Below are positions 24,060 through 37,079 of a stretch of 64,000 nt of DNA, one piece after another. The stretch is from Hydrolagus colliei. Taxonomy: Eukaryota. Numbering within the stretch: the first letter of the stretch is position 1; every line of letters starts with the position of its first letter. Under the pieces are notes generated by a model. The model was not told where the DNA came from and made no database searches. It worked only from the letters and a program-made list of their open reading frames with translations. Location of the stretch: the NCBI GenBank assembly GCA_035084275.1, contig CM068769.1, positions 6,696,001 through 6,760,000 on the forward strand, read 5' to 3'. Position numbers and translations under genes: made by a program.

Positions 24060-27000
24060 CAGACAATAAGACCAAAAGAATTAGGAGCAGGAGTAGGCCA
24101 TTTGGCCCTTCGAGCCCGCCCCGCCATTCAATAAGATCATGGCTGATATTCTGCCCAACTCTAAATACCCGCCCCATCCCCATATCCCCGAATTCCTCTA
24201 TTTTTATAAAATCTAACCTTCTCAGCCTTGAAAACGTCCACGGACTGGGCAGCCACACCCTTCTCTGGTAGTGAATTCCATAAATGCACTACCCTCTGAG
24301 TGAAGAAATGTTTCCTCAACTCCATTCTAAATAGATGACCCTCAATTGTAAGACTGGGACACCTGGTTATAGATTCTCTTACCAGGTGAAACAATCCCTC
24401 AGCGTCTACTTTAGCCATCCCTTTAAGAATCTTATATGTTTCAATCAGATGCCCCCTAATTATTCTCTACTCTAGAGCGTACAGCCCTAGTTTATTCCAA
24501 CTATCCTCATATATCAGCCCCCTCAACCCAGGAACTAACCTAGTGAATCTTCGCTGCACCCCCTCTAAGGCAAGTATATCCTTTATAAAATAAGCAGACC
24601 AAATCTGCACACAATACTCTAGGTGCGGTCCCTCCAACACCCTTTACAGACTTCCCTAGTCTTGTACTCTAAACCTTTTGAAATGAACGCTGGAATGTCA
24701 TTCGACTTCCTATTTGCTTGCTGCACCTGCAAACTAAAATTTTGAGACTGGTGTACAAGGACACCCAAATCCCTATGAATACTAACAGTATCTAACTTCT
24801 CCCCCTCTAGAAAAAAATCATTTTTTTTGGTACCTGAATAATTTCACACTTCCCCACATTAAATTCCATCTGCCACCTACCTGCCCACTCCACTAGCCTA
24901 TCTATATCTTGTTGCAATCTTTTTGCGTCCTCCTCAGAGCTCACTCTCCTACCTAGCTTAGTGTCATCCGTGAATTTAGACTCGTTACATTCAATGTCCT
25001 CATCTAGATCATTGATGTAAATTGTAAATAGTTGAGGCCCAAGCACTCATCAAATGCCTTCTTAAAATCTAAATATATCGCATGTACTGGTTCCCCTATC
25101 TCCAACCTGCTGGATATATCTTCAAAAAACTCTAAAATATTAGTCAAGCATGACTTCCCTTTTGTAAAGCCATGGTGACTCTGCCTAATCTTTGTGTGGT
25201 TTACTCGGTATCCGATAACGACGACTTTAGTTAAGGAATCAAGATTTTTTCCTTCCATTGATGTCAGACTAACTGGTTTATAGTTCCCCATATTTTCTCT
25301 TCTTAAAGAGTGGAGTTACGTTTGCAATCTTCAAAATAATGGGTACTTTTCCAGGATACAGATAATTTTGGAAGATCATTGACAAGCCATCCACCATCTC
25401 AGTAGCCACCTCCTGTAAAACTCTAGGATGCATGCCATCCGGTCCAGGCGATTTATCAGTTTTAAGACCCGACAATTTACCTAAAACCATTTCTTTACTA
25501 GTATTTATCTTCCCAAGTTGCTCGATAACATTGTCTGCTTGGTTCCCCTCTATTTTTCGTATGTGTCAAGTGTCTTCTACAGTGAAGACAGTAGAAATAT
25601 ACTTGTTCAATGACTCTACCTTGTCTTTGTTCCCTATTACAATTCCCCCTGCCTCTGCCTGCAATGGACCCACATTCAACCTTGATAGCATTTTCCGTTT
25701 GATATACCTACAAACACTCTTGCTCTCTGTTTTTATGTTCTTCGATAGTTTGCCCTCATATATTATTTTCTCCTTTTTGATCATTTTTTTGTTTCTCTTT
25801 TGTTGTTGCCTAAAGTTCTCCCAATCATCGTGTTTACTACTCATCCTAGCTCTTTTATAGGCTTCTTCTTTTGACTTTCTATTTTCCGTAACTGCTGCAG
25901 TTAGCCACGGCTGGACCACCATTCCCATGGCATTCCTATTCCTCAAATGAATACGTGCTTGCTGAGAATTTTGCACTATCCCCTTGAATGTCTGCCATTA
26001 TTGGTCTATTGTCAAATCGTTAAGTTCAATTTCCCAGTTTATTCTGGCTAAATCCTTTCTCATACCAACAACGTTAGCTCTATTTAGATTGTAGACTTTT
26101 GCTTCGGATTAAACTTCTCCCCTCTCTAACTTAATGCTAACTTCCATCATATTATGATCACTTTGCCCAAGAGGAGCCTTAGGTTCCAGTTTGCTAATCA
26201 GCCCTGTTTCATTACTCAAAACAAGGTCTAATATGGCTTGTTCCCTGGTCGGCTCCTCGGCATACTGTGCCAGAAAATTATCTCTAATACATTCGGTAAA
26301 CTCCTCTTCTATGTTCACTTTCCCAATTTCGTTGTCCCAGTCTATATGCAGATTAATATCACCCACAATTAGTGTTTGTCCTTTGCTACCTGCTCCGATA
26401 ATCTCCTGATGTATACCTTGAGCGATACCTTGACTGCTGTTTAGGGGTTTATAACCTACTCCCACTATAGTTTTCTGCCTATTGAAGTTACCCATACTGA
26501 ATCTATACCTTGCTTTTCTGATTTAAAATCTTTCATCTCTACTGTTTTCATCACATCCTTTATTCGCAGGGCCACCCCTCCTCCTCGTTTACAACATTGC
26601 CTATCTTTCCTATATACCACGCAGCCGGGAATATATATTTCCCACCCTTGATCACCCAGTAACCATGTCTCGGTGATGGCTACTAGATAATAATGAGTGG
26701 TCCCTATTTGTCCATTTAATTCCCATTTCTACCTCACCATTTATTCGAGTAGCCGGATCGTTTGTCCCAGCCTTATTTAGGCGAAGCCCATTCCTATGGA
26801 TTAGCTCCCGTCTCCCCCAATACTGGTGCCCTTCGCCCATAATTTGCAACCCTTGCCTTCCGCACCATTTTTTTAGCCAGACATTCAGATCCATGTTTGT
26901 TTTTTTTTACCAATTAGGCCTCGGCTCAGGTAACGGTCCTGATAGTAACACCTTTGAGGTTCTATTTTTTTAGTTTAACTCCCAATTCCTGGAAGCTGCT

Positions 27001-27900
27001 TTTTAACTCGTGCCTACCAGTCCTACATATACTATTTGTTCCTACATGGATCAACACAATTGGATCCTCTCCCTCCTGCCCCAAATTTTTCTCCAGCCCG
27101 TCAGCAACATCTTTCACCCTGGCCTCAGGAAGGCACCAAATTATTCTTGTCTCTCTGCTATGCCTACAGAACAGTGCATAAGTTCTCCTGACTGTCTCAT
27201 CCCCAAATAGAACTACATTTATTTTCACCATTCCTTTCTGTTTGGCCTCCTGAACAGAGTTGTTTGGGTCAGTTTTCCCATCCTCCTCAAAGATTGCCTT
27301 GTTCGCACAGGTTGCAAGTAGTACATACCTGTTAGATAAGGCGAAAGCCAGAGATTCGTATGCCCCTCTCTTTCGGGAACCTTTACCCACATGTCTGACT
27401 GTCACCCATTCCTGTCCATGGCCGCTGTATGTTTCTTCCTTGGGACTTAGGGGAGTGTCTGGCTCCAGGATGAAACAGTAAAGGAAGCTCTCCCCAACCC
27501 TAATGCTGCGCAGCATCTCCAACTGAGACACCAGCTCAGCTATTCTAAGTTGGAGCATTCTCCGAAGCAGACATTTCCTGCAGTTGAAATCACCCAGGCT
27601 CAGATTGCCCTACATCAACTCCCACATGCCACATTCCTCACACATCACCTGCCAGATCGTTCTCTCCTCTCACTATCCTTCTCCCTATATTATTATCGTT
27701 AGCAAGTATACAACCTTGCACCTACTTCCCACTCTGCACGTAAATGCCACTCTCACCCAATTCCTTCTCACTCTGCCTAGCTCACTCTTTTTGCGGCTAT
27801 CTGATCGAGTAAGGCTCCCGCAGCTATCCGCTACATATACCCTCCGGATTCAACAAATCTCTGATTGGTCAGCAGTATTTTACTATTAACACCTAATCAT
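24060..27900 (-). mobile_element. Near full-length decayed CR1 LINE (ORF1 with esterase-like domain; ORF2 endonuclease-RT) in the last NLR intron
   Basis: ORF1 EGEDPIVLIHVGTNSI (26962..27558). EN LIVGDINL...DLVLSNE...SDHN (26109..26495). RT NYKPVSLTS...HHGFTKGKSCLTNILEFF...KAFD and LGPQLFTIYINDLD...FTDDTKL. C-terminus and 3' end at ~24060-24420. Many frameshifts and an internal deletion after KAFD. Confidence 0.93.
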
Positions 27901-29569
27901 GTGATTAACTAGCTACAGCTGCACCGTACAGAGTTATGCAACAAGAACAATCCACCAATCTATCAAAGGTAAACAGTCAACCAATCTACTAATCTAACAC
28001 AATTTTAAATTATAGTGGCACTACCAAACCCAATACTTGAATACTCACGCGTAGCAGTCCCCACAGCGATTCCCATTCTCACCAAATTCCATCTAACTCG
28101 TGCCGAGCTCACTCTGGCCGTGCCTCTCTGCTCGAGTCAGGAACTCTTTCGCACATACAATTCCCTTCATGCTCCATCGCTTCCATTGCTCTCTGGCCTC
28201 GCGTATACCGGTCCTCTCCCCATCCCCTTTTCTCATTTGACACAGATCTGCTGTGTGTCCACCGACCCATCCATGCCACCATCCATGCTCGAGCCTACCG
28301 ACACTATGACCCTAACTTCTGCAGGTCCCTGTCTAATCCATTTGTTTTACGTCTATTTGTTCAACTAATTTAAATCGTATTTTATGGTTTTCTCGATTAA
28401 CACAACAATGGCCACCCTCCCCTGTGTAGTAAACTTGTGCATCAAAATGCCCGCCGGGCTCCAGCAGACTATTTTGCCTGAAGGAGACTATTTAATGGCA
28501 AAGTATTCTTATTTAGACAGACACATAATGTGAATGGGCAGAATAGATATCAGCTTGGCTCGGTCTACAGTACTCTGAACTGAGTTAGTTGAGTTGCTTA
28601 CGAGAGTGGGGATGGGATGTAGCATGCAATTTGGCATGGAAAGCTCTGATAGATATAAGATACTTAGAGTAATAAATCATAATCTTTTCATCTTTCGCTT
28701 GAAGAGCATATATGTAAGTCATTCCGAGTGTTACTTTAAAGTAGAGCTATTGGGTATTTTGAAGCGGGTGTGGCAGTGAATTTCTAACGTATAATTTCCT
28801 GCAAATATTCAGAATCAACAATCAATTTACATGGGCAGAAATTACATTTTATTTGTGGAAAATTGTCATGGGTCCATTGACTTCCACATGAACAGCCACA
28901 TAACTAATTATGAAGAGAAAGGTGTTGGAAGATTTATGAAGGAAAATGAACATATATTCAGTCTAGTGTCCTGTGGACAATTCAGTTGAATTGTGAAGAC
29001 CCGTTGCTCAGCGGTTGTTGTATCACCTCACAAGCGAGTACCGAGGATGGGTACAAATTCTAATTGTGCTCATGTGATTTTTCGAACTGAAATGAATCAA
29101 TTGCTGGATAGTCCATGAGCTGCAGAGTTCTAGTTAATGTGCAACTTGTTAATGAAAGTGTTGGGAATTATGGAAACTAGAGATGTGGTGCAGCCAGTAA
29201 TAATAATATTAATAATCCTTTCATTTGAAATTGCGCTTTTCACAACTTCGGGGCGTCTCATAGCTGTTCACAGAATATCCTTTAAAATGAATTCACTGTA
29301 TATTTGTGTGCAAATATATAGCCAAGCCGTGATTTGATAAATATATGGATTTGTGGAATTTAACCCCATATCAGTAGATGATATTGCTGAGCTAGGTATC
29401 AAAGAAGGGATCGAATGAAGTGTACTGAGGAATGCTGCACATTACACTGTTTGGGATATTTTCCAAAAAACACAGAAGATAATATTCTGCTTGTGAACAT
29501 TGCAAATATTAATTAAATTCTAATTGTGCTCTTGTGATTTTTCAAGCTAAAGTTAGAAAAATAATTTAC

Positions 29570-29761
29570 CAGATGGCTTTTAGATTTTTACATTTCTCTA
29601 CGAGTTTCCGAAAAGCTGGAACCGATCTCTCTGTGAAGGAATTCCCACTGTATGTATATGGATAATCAGAGCTCAGATTGATGTTCTCCAGTGATGGCAA
29701 GTGGCAGAGTGTTGAGCAGAGATTCTCAGCGCAGGCATCAGAGAGCTGGTTTTTTCCCAGA
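29570..29761 (-). CDS. NLR LRR exon
   Basis: 192 nt, phase 2-2, canonical AG/GT. Encodes (S)LGKNQLSDACAENLCSTLCHLPSLENINLSSDYPYTYSGNSFTERSVPAFRKLVEKCKNLKAI, i.e. ribonuclease-inhibitor-type LRRs. Confidence 0.9.
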
Positions 29762-30679
29762 CTGTGTGGGTAAGAAATAAGATACAATAAGTATCGGGTA
29801 ACATGGGTTTCATATCAACAACAAAACTGAAGATTTTATAGAAATTCAACACATAATTTGTAATACGAACATCAATTCATAAAGACAACAGCAAGCATTT
29901 ATTACATGCACATTTCTTCAAAACTTTAAAGTCAAATCTATTGCAGCACGATATATGAACGTGTCAAAAAATACTGTTGTGAAACGCTATCGTACAATGA
30001 ACCTTATCATGGTTGATCTGTACCAAATATCATGAGGTTCTGCTCAGCAAACACCAGTTTGTAAGGCTCTCTTTCGACTGCCAAAGCAACATTGCTTTGT
30101 TGTCGCAGAATTTCATTCTCACAACATTATCAACATTCAGGAGCCACAAATAGACATGAAAACATTGAAATGTGGAAAGGGAACTGGACTTGAATGTATC
30201 CATTTTTTTACAATTCGAGAGAACAGAAATGGATGCAGGACTGTTTCAACTCTGGCATGTAGAAAACACATGTAACTAATTATTGTCAAGGCAGGGCACG
30301 GTGGTTGCACTTTAAAAGCAACTCCGTAACGACTCAAGAGCTAATTAAGACTTAAGAGCATACACTTCGCTCAGACTTGAAGCAAAACGAACACAGAGGC
30401 AGAGCCTGAGACCAAGCCACTGGATGGGGGAAAGTGAAGCTCAGCAAAGTCAAAAAGAAAGTTTTTCAGCAGTGTCCTCAAGATGGGAATGGTTGGCTGC
30501 TTACGCCACTGTGAAGCATCCTGCATTTCTGCTGGTAGTAATTTGAGAGTGAGCAAAACTGTCAAAGCTATCTCCTCGTTGATTTGTCGATGCAGTAAGT
30601 TTGGTAACAATAGAACTGATTTCCTCAAGGCTCAATGCTGTTGCCGCTGCTGTTTAACGCCAACACTGACAAGCAAAAT

Positions 30680-32000
30680 TATACTTGTATAACGCCATTC
30701 ACAAGGGGGGCACCGCAAGGCGCTGGACAATCCCTGTTTCAGAACCGACCTGACGATAGGGGGTTTAGGAAAGGTGAGATTAGGAGTTTCCGATTCGACT
30801 ATCAAAGAGCGAAGTCTTGAGGCAAGACTTGAAGCACACAAGGTAGGGGTGAGGTGAAATGACTGTGGGATTGAGTTCCAGAGATTCGAGGCAGATTGTG
30901 TAATTGGTCGCCAGCCAATGGTCGGGCATTTGGGTCGGGGGACATGGAGCATGCCAGAGCCTGCTGAGTGGAGGTGGTGGGCAGGTTGGTAGGGGGTTAG
31001 AAAATCACGGATCTTCTAGCAGACCACGTTGGGGGCGAGCATTTGGAGGACTTTACATGTGAGGAACAGTGTCTTGAATTGAAGCCTCTGGACGATGGGC
31101 CGCCAATCGAGTCAGGCGAGGATGGGGAAGATGGGATCATGGAGGTTGAAACGGAACAGTAAACCGACTGCAGCGTTCTGGATCATCTGAAACCTATGTA
31201 GGAGGAATTGGGTAGGCCGACGAGCAAGGCATTTGCAAAATTGAGCTGGGATGTAATGAAGACATGAATGAGGTTTTCAGCGGTTTTCGGCTTGAGGTAT
31301 TGGCGGAGTAGGTCAATGTTTCGGAGATTAGAAAAGGCAGAGCGAGGCATTGCCTGCATGTTGAGGAGGAAGACAGTTGAGGATCCAACATGACAACGAG
31401 GTTCGTTACTGGCTTGTTGCGATTGAGTGAGCAACCGTGGAAGATGATCAGGATGGAGCCTGATATGTGAAGGCACGAAGCAATCAATAGACCAACATAA
31501 ATGACGATTGTCGGACTTGTGTAGATTCACTTTCTGCACTTTACAATATATTTTGTAAGAACAACATCCTGCATTTTCTAGCGCCCTCCAAGCCGGGTGG
31601 CATCTCAGAGTGATCCACAACGGTGGAGCCAGAGGACTAGGCAGGAGGAAAGGAAAGGTAAGCGTGATCAACGAGCCAAGTCTTCAGGCACGACCTGATA
31701 ATGGTAGGGAGTCGAAGGGGTTGAGGTTCGGATTTCCACAGTTTCGCGAAATAGTGGCTGAAGGTGTGGCCAGTGATGGTGGATTCGTCGACAAGGAAGA
31801 GGTATGACTCAGTAGAACAGAGGCATCGGGAACTCTTTCTTGTCCCGAAACCTGGTTGTGCCGGGTTCGGACAGTTTTAAAGACAGGTCGGGAATATTGA
31901 GGATGTAGGAACTGTGAGGCAAAAGATGTTGAAGAAGTGAAGTGTATTGGGACGTACTCCCGATATGAAAGGCGCACATAATTGTAGTTTTGTTGTAGTG
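30680..32000. mobile_element. Nested L2 LINE fragments in NLR intron
   Basis: L2 peptides such as YLKPKTAENLIHVFITSQLNFANALLVGLP and ASNLWNSIPQSFHL... Confidence 0.8.
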
Positions 32001-32521
32001 GATAATGTGCTTTATCAAACTGATTATTATGTTGAATCTTCACACGTTATCTCTGCGTTAACATCCAATCAGAAAGATTCAGTAAGATTCTTGTAACTCA
32101 GTGATTCGAGTACTTGCCTTGCAAGTGAGAGACCTGCGTCCGTTTCCCAATCGGGCAAATCCTGAATCATTTATTCACTCAACCCACAATCTTTTTTGGG
32201 ACATGGCTGTGCACCGTTTGCTGCTATGCCTAACCCGCAAAATTCACTTTACAGTCGATTCTGTGAAGCGCTTTTGAGATATTTAGTGTATTGAAAATGG
32301 CTCAAAGTATCAAACACACTAAAGGCTCGTTTAGCTGGCACCCAACCATCCGGAATGCTCAACCCAACCGGTATATGCCAAAACAATTCACCATTCCAGC
32401 AAAATTGAGCCATCTGGGACACTCGCAAATATGCTCACTTTGTGCATGCATGCAATGCGTGTGCATCTTCACTCATTAAACCTATCAAATGTCGGAATTT
32501 TTATTTTACTGATCATTTTAC

Positions 32522-32568
32522 CCACTGTGTCCAGTCTGTATCCATCCGATAATCTGTTATTATTTAGT
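32522..32568 (-). CDS. Candidate 47-nt LRR micro-exon of the NLR
   Basis: ATAG| a CTA AAT AAT AAC AGA TTA TCG GAT GGA... = (R)LNNNRLSDGYRLDTV, then |GTAAAA. Phase 2 to 1, so it needs a phase 1-2 partner exon that was not confidently found. Confidence 0.5.
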
Positions 32569-32799
32569 CTATTATAAATATGGTATGTTTTAAAATAAGT
32601 ACATTTTTGTATAGGATTTTCGGCAACTTGCCGCTCGAATATCCGGCTTATTTATTTAACTGGGGCAAATCCAGAGAGCGCTGGATAAATTAAATTGTTC
32701 TGTACAGGGATTATTATTTATTTGTTAACATAACTAACAACTGAGAGTGTAAATGGAGAAAACTATGTCAAGTGGTATCTGAAAGCCAACCCTAGCAAT

Positions 32800-34080
32800 A
32801 CACTTATGCATATTCCACCTGAAGCATCATCATGAGAAACAAAACGTATGTTATTCCAGTTTATGTTAGGGCATGAGGTTCAGTTATAAAACACTAGTTA
32901 TTCCTCAGCTGGAGACTGCGTTAAGTTTTGGTTACCACAATTTAGAAGGATGTCAAGTCATTGGAGAGGAGGACATTTACCAGGAATGAGGGACTTCAGA
33001 TATGACGAGAGGCCAGAGAGAAGGTAGGATTATGCTCCTTGCAGAAGACAAGGTTAAAAGGAAACTCAATAGAAGTTTCAAAATTATGAGGGGATTTGAT
33101 AGGGAGGAAAAGGAAAAACTATTTCCACTGGTGAGTGGGTCAATAACACGAGTACACTGATTCCAACTAACCTTGCAAGGGATTACTGTCCACAATAATT
33201 GAACATGCCTTGAAAGTAGTTAAATTGGAAAGGAAGACAAGAAATGCCAATTTCCGTTACAGTGTTTCGAAGCATCTAGAAATTAAGTGTAGATTTCTAA
33301 TGGAAGGAGCATACAAGATGGAGTTACCCCACATAATTGATAGAATCGTGTGGCACAAAAGGAGGCCAATCGACCCATCTAGTCTGTGCCGGCACTTTGA
33401 AAAGAGCAACTCAATGCCACTCCCCAACTCTCTCCCCATAACTGTGCAAATCCGTCCTCTAAAATAAACGTCGAACTCTCTTTTACAAAGTATTATCGAA
33501 TCGGAATCAACCACCTTTTCGGGCAATCATTCTAGATTTGAATAACTCACTGCATGAAAACATTGTTCTCATCTCCATTCTGCTTATTGTAGAAACTATT
33601 TTAAATCTGTGACCTCAGTGGAAACAGATTTTCCCTGAAAACCCTATCGAATCCCTCATGATCTTGAAAACCTCTATTAAGTATCCACGTAACCTTCTCT
33701 GCACCAATGAGAACAAACCTAACATTTCTAGCCTTTCCTCATAACTGAAGTCCCTCATTCCTGGTGCCATTCTGGTACATCTCCTCTGCAACCTTTCCGT
33801 TGCCTTAATATCCTTCTTAAAGTGTTGTGATCAGAATGGAACACGGTACTCTAGCTGAGGTCTAACCAAAGTGGTATCGAGGTTAGTCAGAGGTTGCTGT
33901 ACTCTCTGTCTGTATTTATAAAGCCTAGTATCCCATATCCTGTTTTTTTTCTAACAGCCATATCTACCTGTCCTGCCACCTTCACATATTCACTTACACA
34001 AACCCCAGTTCTCTGTGTTCCTTCACACCCCATAAAATTGTGCTATCAAGCCTACATTACCTCCCCTCATGTCTCCTCTC
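32800..34080. mobile_element. Two CR1 3' fragments in opposite orientation
   Basis: + strand fragment ~32860-33200 and - strand fragment ~33330-34080 (MPEKVVDSDSIILCKREFDVYF; 3' end GATGGGTCGATTGGCCTCCT). Confidence 0.8.
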
Positions 34081-34389
34081 AAATGTATCCACATTCAATT
34101 TCATACTTACTCCAGTGTCTGTATTGTACAATTGTTCATATTGTTACCCAATATCGCACAAAGTTGGTTCACTCCTGCATCTCGCAGCGTGTTGTTCTTC
34201 AGCCTAATTGAAAATAATGAGTGCAATGAGTGTAGATAATTCTAAAGATAAATAACATTAATGAACGAAAATAAATTTCATTGCCTGTGAACTTAAAAAG
34301 TGTTGTCCTTGCTAAATTTCAATGCAAAATAAGTAAGTATCTGATCTGATATCTGGTATCTGCGATCAGATGAAATTATCAAATGTAGA

Positions 34390-34740
34390 AAGCCATAATA
34401 ATAATCGTTGTATTTGATATCGTGCTTTTCGTATCATCTAGAGGTCTCAAAGCTCTTCACAGAATATACTTTAACGTAACTTGTCTGTACGTTTGTCGGT
34501 AAATCACAGCAGCGACAACAGTGCGAAATTCTGCAAACGAGGATTAACTAGATGAATGTGTTATAAACATTTTTCTACGGGAACACGATCTGCTAAATGA
34601 CTGACAACCAGGTTCCCATACACTGCTAGGTAATCAGAGGTGTGTGGAATAAGGAAACTTGCCAAACACTTTGCCCTGCTGGGAATTTGACTCGGGTATC
34701 TTGATCGTGAGGTAAGGACTCTTACCACCGAGCTGTAGGA
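34390..34740 (-). mobile_element. tRNA-derived SINE
   Basis: Reverse-complement head, body and tail. Confidence 0.75.
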
Positions 34741-35368
34741 ATTATTTTCTTTTTGTACTCAATAATGGGCATTACATGTGTTTTAAAAATCAAATCTTGT
34801 TAAATATCAATATCATACCAACTATCTGGAAATCGAAAAATTCTGAAACCGTTTTCTGGTTTGCGTGAGTTGCCCTCGGGCATCCTCATAATATACTTTA
34901 TAAGGAGCACAGTTTACCCTCCTTTTGCTGCTGGTTAATCTCCATGGGAAACCCATTTCACACACCCGGGCTGCCCGTTATTCCCTCTGAAACTGATTAA
35001 TTGTTAAGGGTGCTTCAAAATACACAGAGTGCATTACATACAAACAGGGAGAAATTTTCACATTTAGGTCGAATACATGCAATATTCCTTTGGGGGTAGA
35101 ACTCTGAGCTTGTCTTCAATATTTTGGTTCATTATATGTTTTGGGCATCAGTCGGCTATAGATACACACACACCCCAAATACAAATACACAGCTGCTGTA
35201 TTTTATCCACAAACAAACAGTCAAGTCACTTTGCAGCATATTTTGTGAAGTGCTTTGATACGTCTCGTAGATGAGAAAAGTGGTCTATTAACCACAAGGA
35301 TTATTATTATATTGTTTTCTTCAAAAGATGAAATAAATTCTGTTTGTGAAATGGTGCATGAACAGTAC

Positions 35369-37079
35369 CTTAACTGTTGGCATTTGTGTAGTATGGGTGC
35401 CAGTCGCTGGATCCCTTCCTCTTGTACAGAGCAGTTATTCAGGTTGAGTTCCTCCACATGCTCACATGGTCCCAGCACAGTCGCCAGCATAGTGCAGTCC
35501 ACAGGACTGAGCGGCAAACTCACAAAATCCACTTTCTTCATTGATTTGAACACATCCCTCATCAATTCTGTCTTACTGGATTCAAACAGAAGGTACAGAG
35601 CGTTCAACAATCTTGTTTTGTTTCCTGGAGTTTTTATACTTGCTTTAACTTCTTCCTTCAGCCAATCCATAACTGTCCTGATCGCATCTTGAGGAAGTTC
35701 ACCAATAACCTCTGTCAAATATTGAGTTGAATATTCAGAGGAAAGGCCAATTAAAAATCGGAAAAATATATCAAATCGACCATCCCTGTATTCTTGTGCT
35801 TCCCTCAGTATCCCTGTCAGGTTTTTTGCATCTGAACTTTTGAGGATCGCAAATGCGGCCAAAAACTCCTGAACCGTGATGTGAATGAACGTGTGAACAT
35901 TGTGTTCAGTCGCTTCATCTTTCACCAGGATTTGCATCATAAAAACGGAGGTGAAGTGAGATGGTTTCAGTTTCACACGCGTAAAATCGTCATCATAAAA
36001 TACAACTCTCTTTCTGCGGATTCCCACATGAGCCATCCCACCCAACTTCACTAAAAGATCACGATTCTCTACAATGTCACCGCCAGATCTTTGTAGAAGC
36101 CCTGATATGTAGTTTGAGTACAGCTGTGTGATGGTGCCTGGCAGCTTTCTCTCTGTATTATTTTGGTTGATGAGAGGAGCCAGTGTTGAGCAGAGGATGG
36201 AACAGTAGAATGGGTTGTAGCACATGGTGAACAGGACATCGTTGGTTTTCACATATTCATAAGCTTCTTCAGCGGTTTCACTCTTTCCAAAATATTTATT
36301 GAAATAATCCTTTATTTCTTCGGAAAAGAAACCTAAGATTTCTGCCCAGAGATTGGTCTGCTCCATACTGAGTGACCTCAGATCAGTTGGTCGGCTGGTG
36401 AGCAACACTGAACAGCCTTTGAGCAGCTTCCCCTGCACTAGACATCGTACAATGTCAGACACCGCACCTCGACTCTCAGGTTGTAAGCATTCGGTGCGTG
36501 TAGTGCTCACCTCATCACTGAAGTTAATATTCCCGGTAAATTCATCTAACCCATCAAGTGTAAACAAGATGGTCTCTGGCTGTTTCCACAGATTGGCAAG
36601 ATGGCCATTAAAATATGAATATTTATGCAGCAACATCTCATTCAGGCTGGTATGTGTTTCAGTGTTTTGAATGTCTCGAAATTTAAAATGAAAAACAAAG
36701 TGGAACTGTGGATACAGCTTTCCTTGTGCCCAGTCATAAACTACCTTCTGCACCAGAGTAGTTTTCCCGACACCAGGAATCCCAATAACAACCGCAGTTC
36801 CTGATGTACTGCGTCGTCCAAAACTGCTTCCGAATAATTGATCGTATCGAATTCTTTCCAGTTCTGAATTCATGTTTTTCTTTTGTAAGTTTTCGTGTTC
36901 TCTGCCCCGTTTCAGTAATTCATGCTGCACATGTTTTTGCTCCCGAGCAGATGAGATTACCAACTCTGTGTATTGGACATCGATTGAACCATCTCCTTTG
37001 TTCTCTCCTTGTTTATACTTGTCTATGTGAAGCTTCTTATGTTTCTTGCAAAGGTCATCTTTGTGGCGCTTTTGAATGT
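35369..37079 (-). CDS. NLR large exon: FISNA-like linker, NACHT NTPase, winged-helix/HD2 and first LRRs
   Basis: 1711-nt open exon, CTGCAG| phase 1 to phase 2 |GTACTG. Starts (D)IQKRHKDDL...YTELVISSAREQKHVQHELLKRGREH. Walker A GIPGVGKT, Walker B ILFTLDGLDE, SVLLTSRP, FIHITVQEFLAA; ends LEELNLNNCSVQEEGIQRLAPILHKCQQL. Confidence 0.96.

Noticed and set aside
30003-30039. 37-nt phase 1-2 candidate partner for the 47-nt LRR micro-exon
   Set aside because: Length and phase fit, but the donor (GTTCAT) is weak and the peptide EPHDIWYRSTMI is not LRR-like.
30371-30628. ORF 30371..30628 as an extra NLR exon
   Set aside because: No LRR pattern or compatible splice phases; it ends like a decayed LINE tail (LLKNFLFD).
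31515-31600. ALENAGC...CKVQKV LRR-like peptide inside ORF 31183..31671
   Set aside because: No acceptor gives an open phase-1 entry, and it lies within L2 sequence.
35221-35368. C-terminal tail of ORF 35221..36963 as the NLR end
   Set aside because: It is intron after the GT donor at 35368; LRR exons continue downstream.
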